Assembly (NCBI GenBank): GCA_037128175.1
Contig: JBAXWY010000005.1
Span: 32,001-96,000 of the forward strand
Source: Methanothrix sp.
GTDB lineage: Archaea > Halobacteriota > Methanosarcinia > Methanotrichales > Methanotrichaceae
DNA: 64,000 nt
Direction of reading: 5' to 3'
The notes beneath the pieces are model-generated. The model did no database searches. It saw only the letters and a list, made by a program, of their open reading frames with translations, and was not told the DNA's origin. The stretch's first letter is position 1, and each line of letters starts with the position of its first letter. Position numbers and translations under genes: made by a program. Below are positions 61,287 through 64,000 of this stretch, one piece after another.

Positions 61287-62042
61287 ATGAATTTTGATCT
61301 GGCCGTCATCGGTGGTGTGGGCTATGCCCTGGAAGGGCTGGCGGACGAGGTGGATACACCCTATGGCAAAGTGCCCATTGTCCGCTGCCGAGTGAAGGGA
61401 CAAAAGATTGTCTTCATCTCCCGTCACGGAGAAGATCACCTGCCTCCCCACAAAGTCAACTACCGGGCCATAATCTCCGCCGCCAGGATATCGGGCGCAA
61501 ACACGGTCATCTCCACCAACACCGTAGGCAGCATGGCCGGGCACCCCATGGGCAGCATCTTTTTGCCGAGCGACTTTGTGGAGTTCACCAAATGCCGGCC
61601 CAATTCCTTCTTTGAAGATAAAGCCGTTCACGTGGATATGAGCAGGCCCTATTGCCCAAGGCTTCGTGCTTCTCTGGCCGAAGCGGCCGGCTCCATTGGC
61701 CAGCAGGTCGCGAAAGGTGTCTACGTCTGTGCCGAGGGCCCGCAACTGGAGTCGCCTGCTCAGATCAGGATGATGCGCCAGTTCGGGGATGTGGTGGGCA
61801 TGACCGGCTATCCTGAGGTAGTCCTGGCCAGAGAGGCGCAGCTTTGCTATGCATCGCTTTGCATCGTCACCAATCCCGCCGCGGGAATGAAGGGCGGAAG
61901 TGTCCTGGCCATCTCTGAGATCGCCGAGCTTATGAAAAAGTGCCAGGAAACTGTAGGGGAGATAATCTATCTGGCCGCGCAAAAAATTCCTGATCAGAGG
62001 TCATGCGGCTGCCAGGATGCCCTCGAAAATGCGGCACTTTAG
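61287..62042 (+). CDS. mtnP: MTA/MTI phosphorylase (MTAP family)
   Basis: IGGVG, SRHG..HLPPHKVNYRA, EGPQLES, VGMT and CIVTN. Confidence 0.85.
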   Translation: MNFDLAVIGGVGYALEGLADEVDTPYGKVPIVRCRVKGQKIVFISRHGEDHLPPHKVNYRAIISAARISGANTVISTNTVGSMAGHPMGSIFLPSDFVEFTKCRPNSFFEDKAVHVDMSRPYCPRLRASLAEAAGSIGQQVAKGVYVCAEGPQLESPAQIRMMRQFGDVVGMTGYPEVVLAREAQLCYASLCIVTNPAAGMKGGSVLAISEIAELMKKCQETVGEIIYLAAQKIPDQRSCGCQDALENAAL

Positions 62043-62057
62043 GGCACTGCTGATAAC

Positions 62058-62417
62058 TTATATTTTCAATTTCGCAATCTCTTCTATGAACGTTTTTGAT
62101 TTTTCCATAAATTTGCGTGCCATTTCGCGTTTAATATAATAAGATAATCTATAATCCGCAATCTTTCTTTTTTCCTTAAGATCTATTAATCTACCACTTA
62201 ACTCATCATCGCCATACATATCATCGAAATCTTTTAGCTTTTCGATAACATCTTTATGATTTGCATATTCGCCCATCTGCAAGTGCTCTCTAGCAACATG
62301 AAATGCTGCATAATATGCTCTGCTAATTGAGCACCTGTAACCGATTTCCTTATCGCAGCGGGTTGGATCATGTGCCCATTCGGCAAATTCTAAAAATTCG
62401 CTTGCATCTATCGGCAT
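62058..62417 (-). CDS. HEPN domain protein
   Basis: ISRAYYAAFH and RKIADY motifs; AT-rich. Confidence 0.85.
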   Translation of the reverse strand: MPIDASEFLEFAEWAHDPTRCDKEIGYRCSISRAYYAAFHVAREHLQMGEYANHKDVIEKLKDFDDMYGDDELSGRLIDLKEKRKIADYRLSYYIKREMARKFMEKSKTFIEEIAKLKI

Positions 62418-62425
62418 TATCCTCT

Positions 62426-62968
62426 CTAATCTACAATGATATATACAAATTTATGAATTCTCTGGATGGTTGCGCGGGGCATTATCTTTCTTGCGTCGGT
62501 GGATTTATAAAATTCTTTGGTTGCTTTGCTTGCTTTTCTCCAAATTTCGGAATTAAGCGAATAGTCATCCAATTTTATCTTAATGTCAGCATGTTTCCAT
62601 TTTGGATTATCCTCGTCAGATTCTAATGCTACTTCAACACGACCTGGGTTTTCATATTCATCAAATATATTATTTATTATTTTTAATATGTTATATAACA
62701 CATAATTAAAATGCCTATCCCCAGATAATAACTCTTTGATTTCTGCCTTAATGTTTAGCTTCGTGCCAAACGAGTCAGAAATTATTGGTATATCAGACAT
62801 GATAGATTCATTAACATTACTATCCGTATTCTCGGATTTGCCAACTGTGATTGTGCTCTTAATCCCGACTGGATCGAATTCTAACTTATAATCAGGCGAT
62901 TTATTTGAGATAAATTCGACTCGGATCTGCTCGGAACTCACAAAAGATTTGCCCACATCGTCCCCCAT
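62426..62968 (-). CDS. AT-rich hypothetical protein, probable HEPN partner
   Basis: 8 bp upstream of the HEPN gene; no MNT GS..RG motif. Confidence 0.6.
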   Translation of the reverse strand: MGDDVGKSFVSSEQIRVEFISNKSPDYKLEFDPVGIKSTITVGKSENTDSNVNESIMSDIPIISDSFGTKLNIKAEIKELLSGDRHFNYVLYNILKIINNIFDEYENPGRVEVALESDEDNPKWKHADIKIKLDDYSLNSEIWRKASKATKEFYKSTDARKIMPRATIQRIHKFVYIIVD

Positions 62969-63175
62969 ATCAGTCTCCTTCTTGATGCGTAATACCGTTG
63001 TAACACCCGGTATTTACATCTTGTGATGGCAGACTCACATGGAAATCTGATAATGTAATGCACCGAATCGGGACTTTGGGTGCAAACACGACTTGATTTG
63101 CAGAACCTTACTTTACATGCAAAGCCCGCGTCATCAATAGCTTTATATATTAATTTATGCAGTTAAACATAATCT

Positions 63176-63733
63176 ATGTATTCGAAACGTTTTGCCGGAT
63201 TGCTTTCCTTCGTGGGAGCCTCTCAATTTCTCATCTTTATGCTCATCTGTGAGGCACTTTATCCCGGCTACAGCATGTCCAATAATATGATAAGCGATCT
63301 TGGTATCGGCTCCACGGCTGGGTTCTTCAACAGCTCCATCATCGTCCTGGGTCTGCTGATCACTCTCTCGGCAATTACATTTCATTCTTTTCATAGAAAT
63401 AAAATATTCACTATTCTCTTGATCTTGACCGGCATGGGAGCGATGGGCGTCGGCCTTTTCCCTGAAAATATGAAGCCTTACCACGAGATCTTTGCCGGCA
63501 TTACTTTTGTATTTGGCGGATTATCTGAAATCTTATCCTTTGCCTTGCTAAGATTTCCCATGTCTGTCGCGGTTATCTTCCTGGGCGGATTGACTTTAGG
63601 CTCCCTGGCATTGTTTGTGCTTGGAATCCACCTGGGACTGGGGCCGGGCGGCATGGAAAGGATGATCGTTTATCCGGTGATCCTCTGGGGAGCAGGCTTT
63701 GGAGGATATCTGATGGCCTCGGAAAGAAGATAA
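63176..63733 (+). CDS. DUF998 membrane protein
   Basis: YPGYS...N.ISDLG, GVGLFP and GGMERMIVYP. Confidence 0.85.
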   Translation: MYSKRFAGLLSFVGASQFLIFMLICEALYPGYSMSNNMISDLGIGSTAGFFNSSIIVLGLLITLSAITFHSFHRNKIFTILLILTGMGAMGVGLFPENMKPYHEIFAGITFVFGGLSEILSFALLRFPMSVAVIFLGGLTLGSLALFVLGIHLGLGPGGMERMIVYPVILWGAGFGGYLMASERR

Positions 63734-63735
63734 GA

Positions 63736-64000
63736 ATGCCTGAACTTCCTGAAGTGGAGATGGCTCGCAGGTACTTGCAGGCCACAGCTCTGCACCAGAC
63801 CATTCAAGCGGCCAAGGTCAAGGACGGGCGCATCCTGGCCAGGGTATCGGCGAGGGAGTTAGAGAAGGCCCTGGCCGGGAAAGAGTTTCACTCTGCTTCG
63901 CGGCACGGCAAGAGGCTCTTTTTGAAGTTGAACGATTCGCTCTGGCTGGCGCTTCATCTGGGCCTCACGGGAAGCCTGATCTATCTGGAAAGCGGGGCAG
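63736..64000 (+). CDS. mutM: Fpg/Nei DNA glycosylase (partial)
   Basis: MPELPEVE, RHGKRL and HLGLTGSL. Confidence 0.9.
   Translation, partial: MPELPEVEMARRYLQATALHQTIQAAKVKDGRILARVSARELEKALAGKEFHSASRHGKRLFLKLNDSLWLALHLGLTGSLIYLESGA

Noticed and set aside
1-64000. Numerous antisense/overlapping ORFs in the track (e.g. 43674-45262, 53034-53855, 59465-60139) and possible tRNA/rRNA genes
   Set aside because: The ORFs are shadows of well-supported genes in GC-rich DNA, and no cloverleaf or rRNA signature was seen.

Overview
Archaeal methanogen DNA, most consistent with Methanothrix (Methanosaeta). This assignment is inferred from methanogenesis markers 2/4(MtxX)/9, PolD large subunit, RadB, SMC-ScpA, the rps19e-rpl39e-rpl31e-eIF6-LX-pfdA-ftsY cluster, fen-dph2-mtnA-mtnP and lineage-typical secreted/TPR/pentapeptide proteins. 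Core genes alternate with accessory patches. (1) ~10.5-29.1 kb: a type I R-M locus with an AbiJ-like HEPN gene inserted, a hairpin-ended MITE, and cargo blocks separated by two decayed copies of the mtxX 3' end. (2) ~36.2-42.2 kb: a defence patch with darT-darG and an EVE-NucS-TPR fusion, bracketed by ~125-bp inverted copies of a dispersed ACAGAG-rich repeat. (3) ~46.7-50 kb: TA and type III R-M debris retaining a HEPN domain. (4) A solitary metallophosphoesterase-aegerolysin-like fusion. (5) An AT-rich HEPN pair. No tRNA, rRNA, CRISPR array, integrase or transposase was recognised. All calls come from reading motifs by eye; no searches were run.
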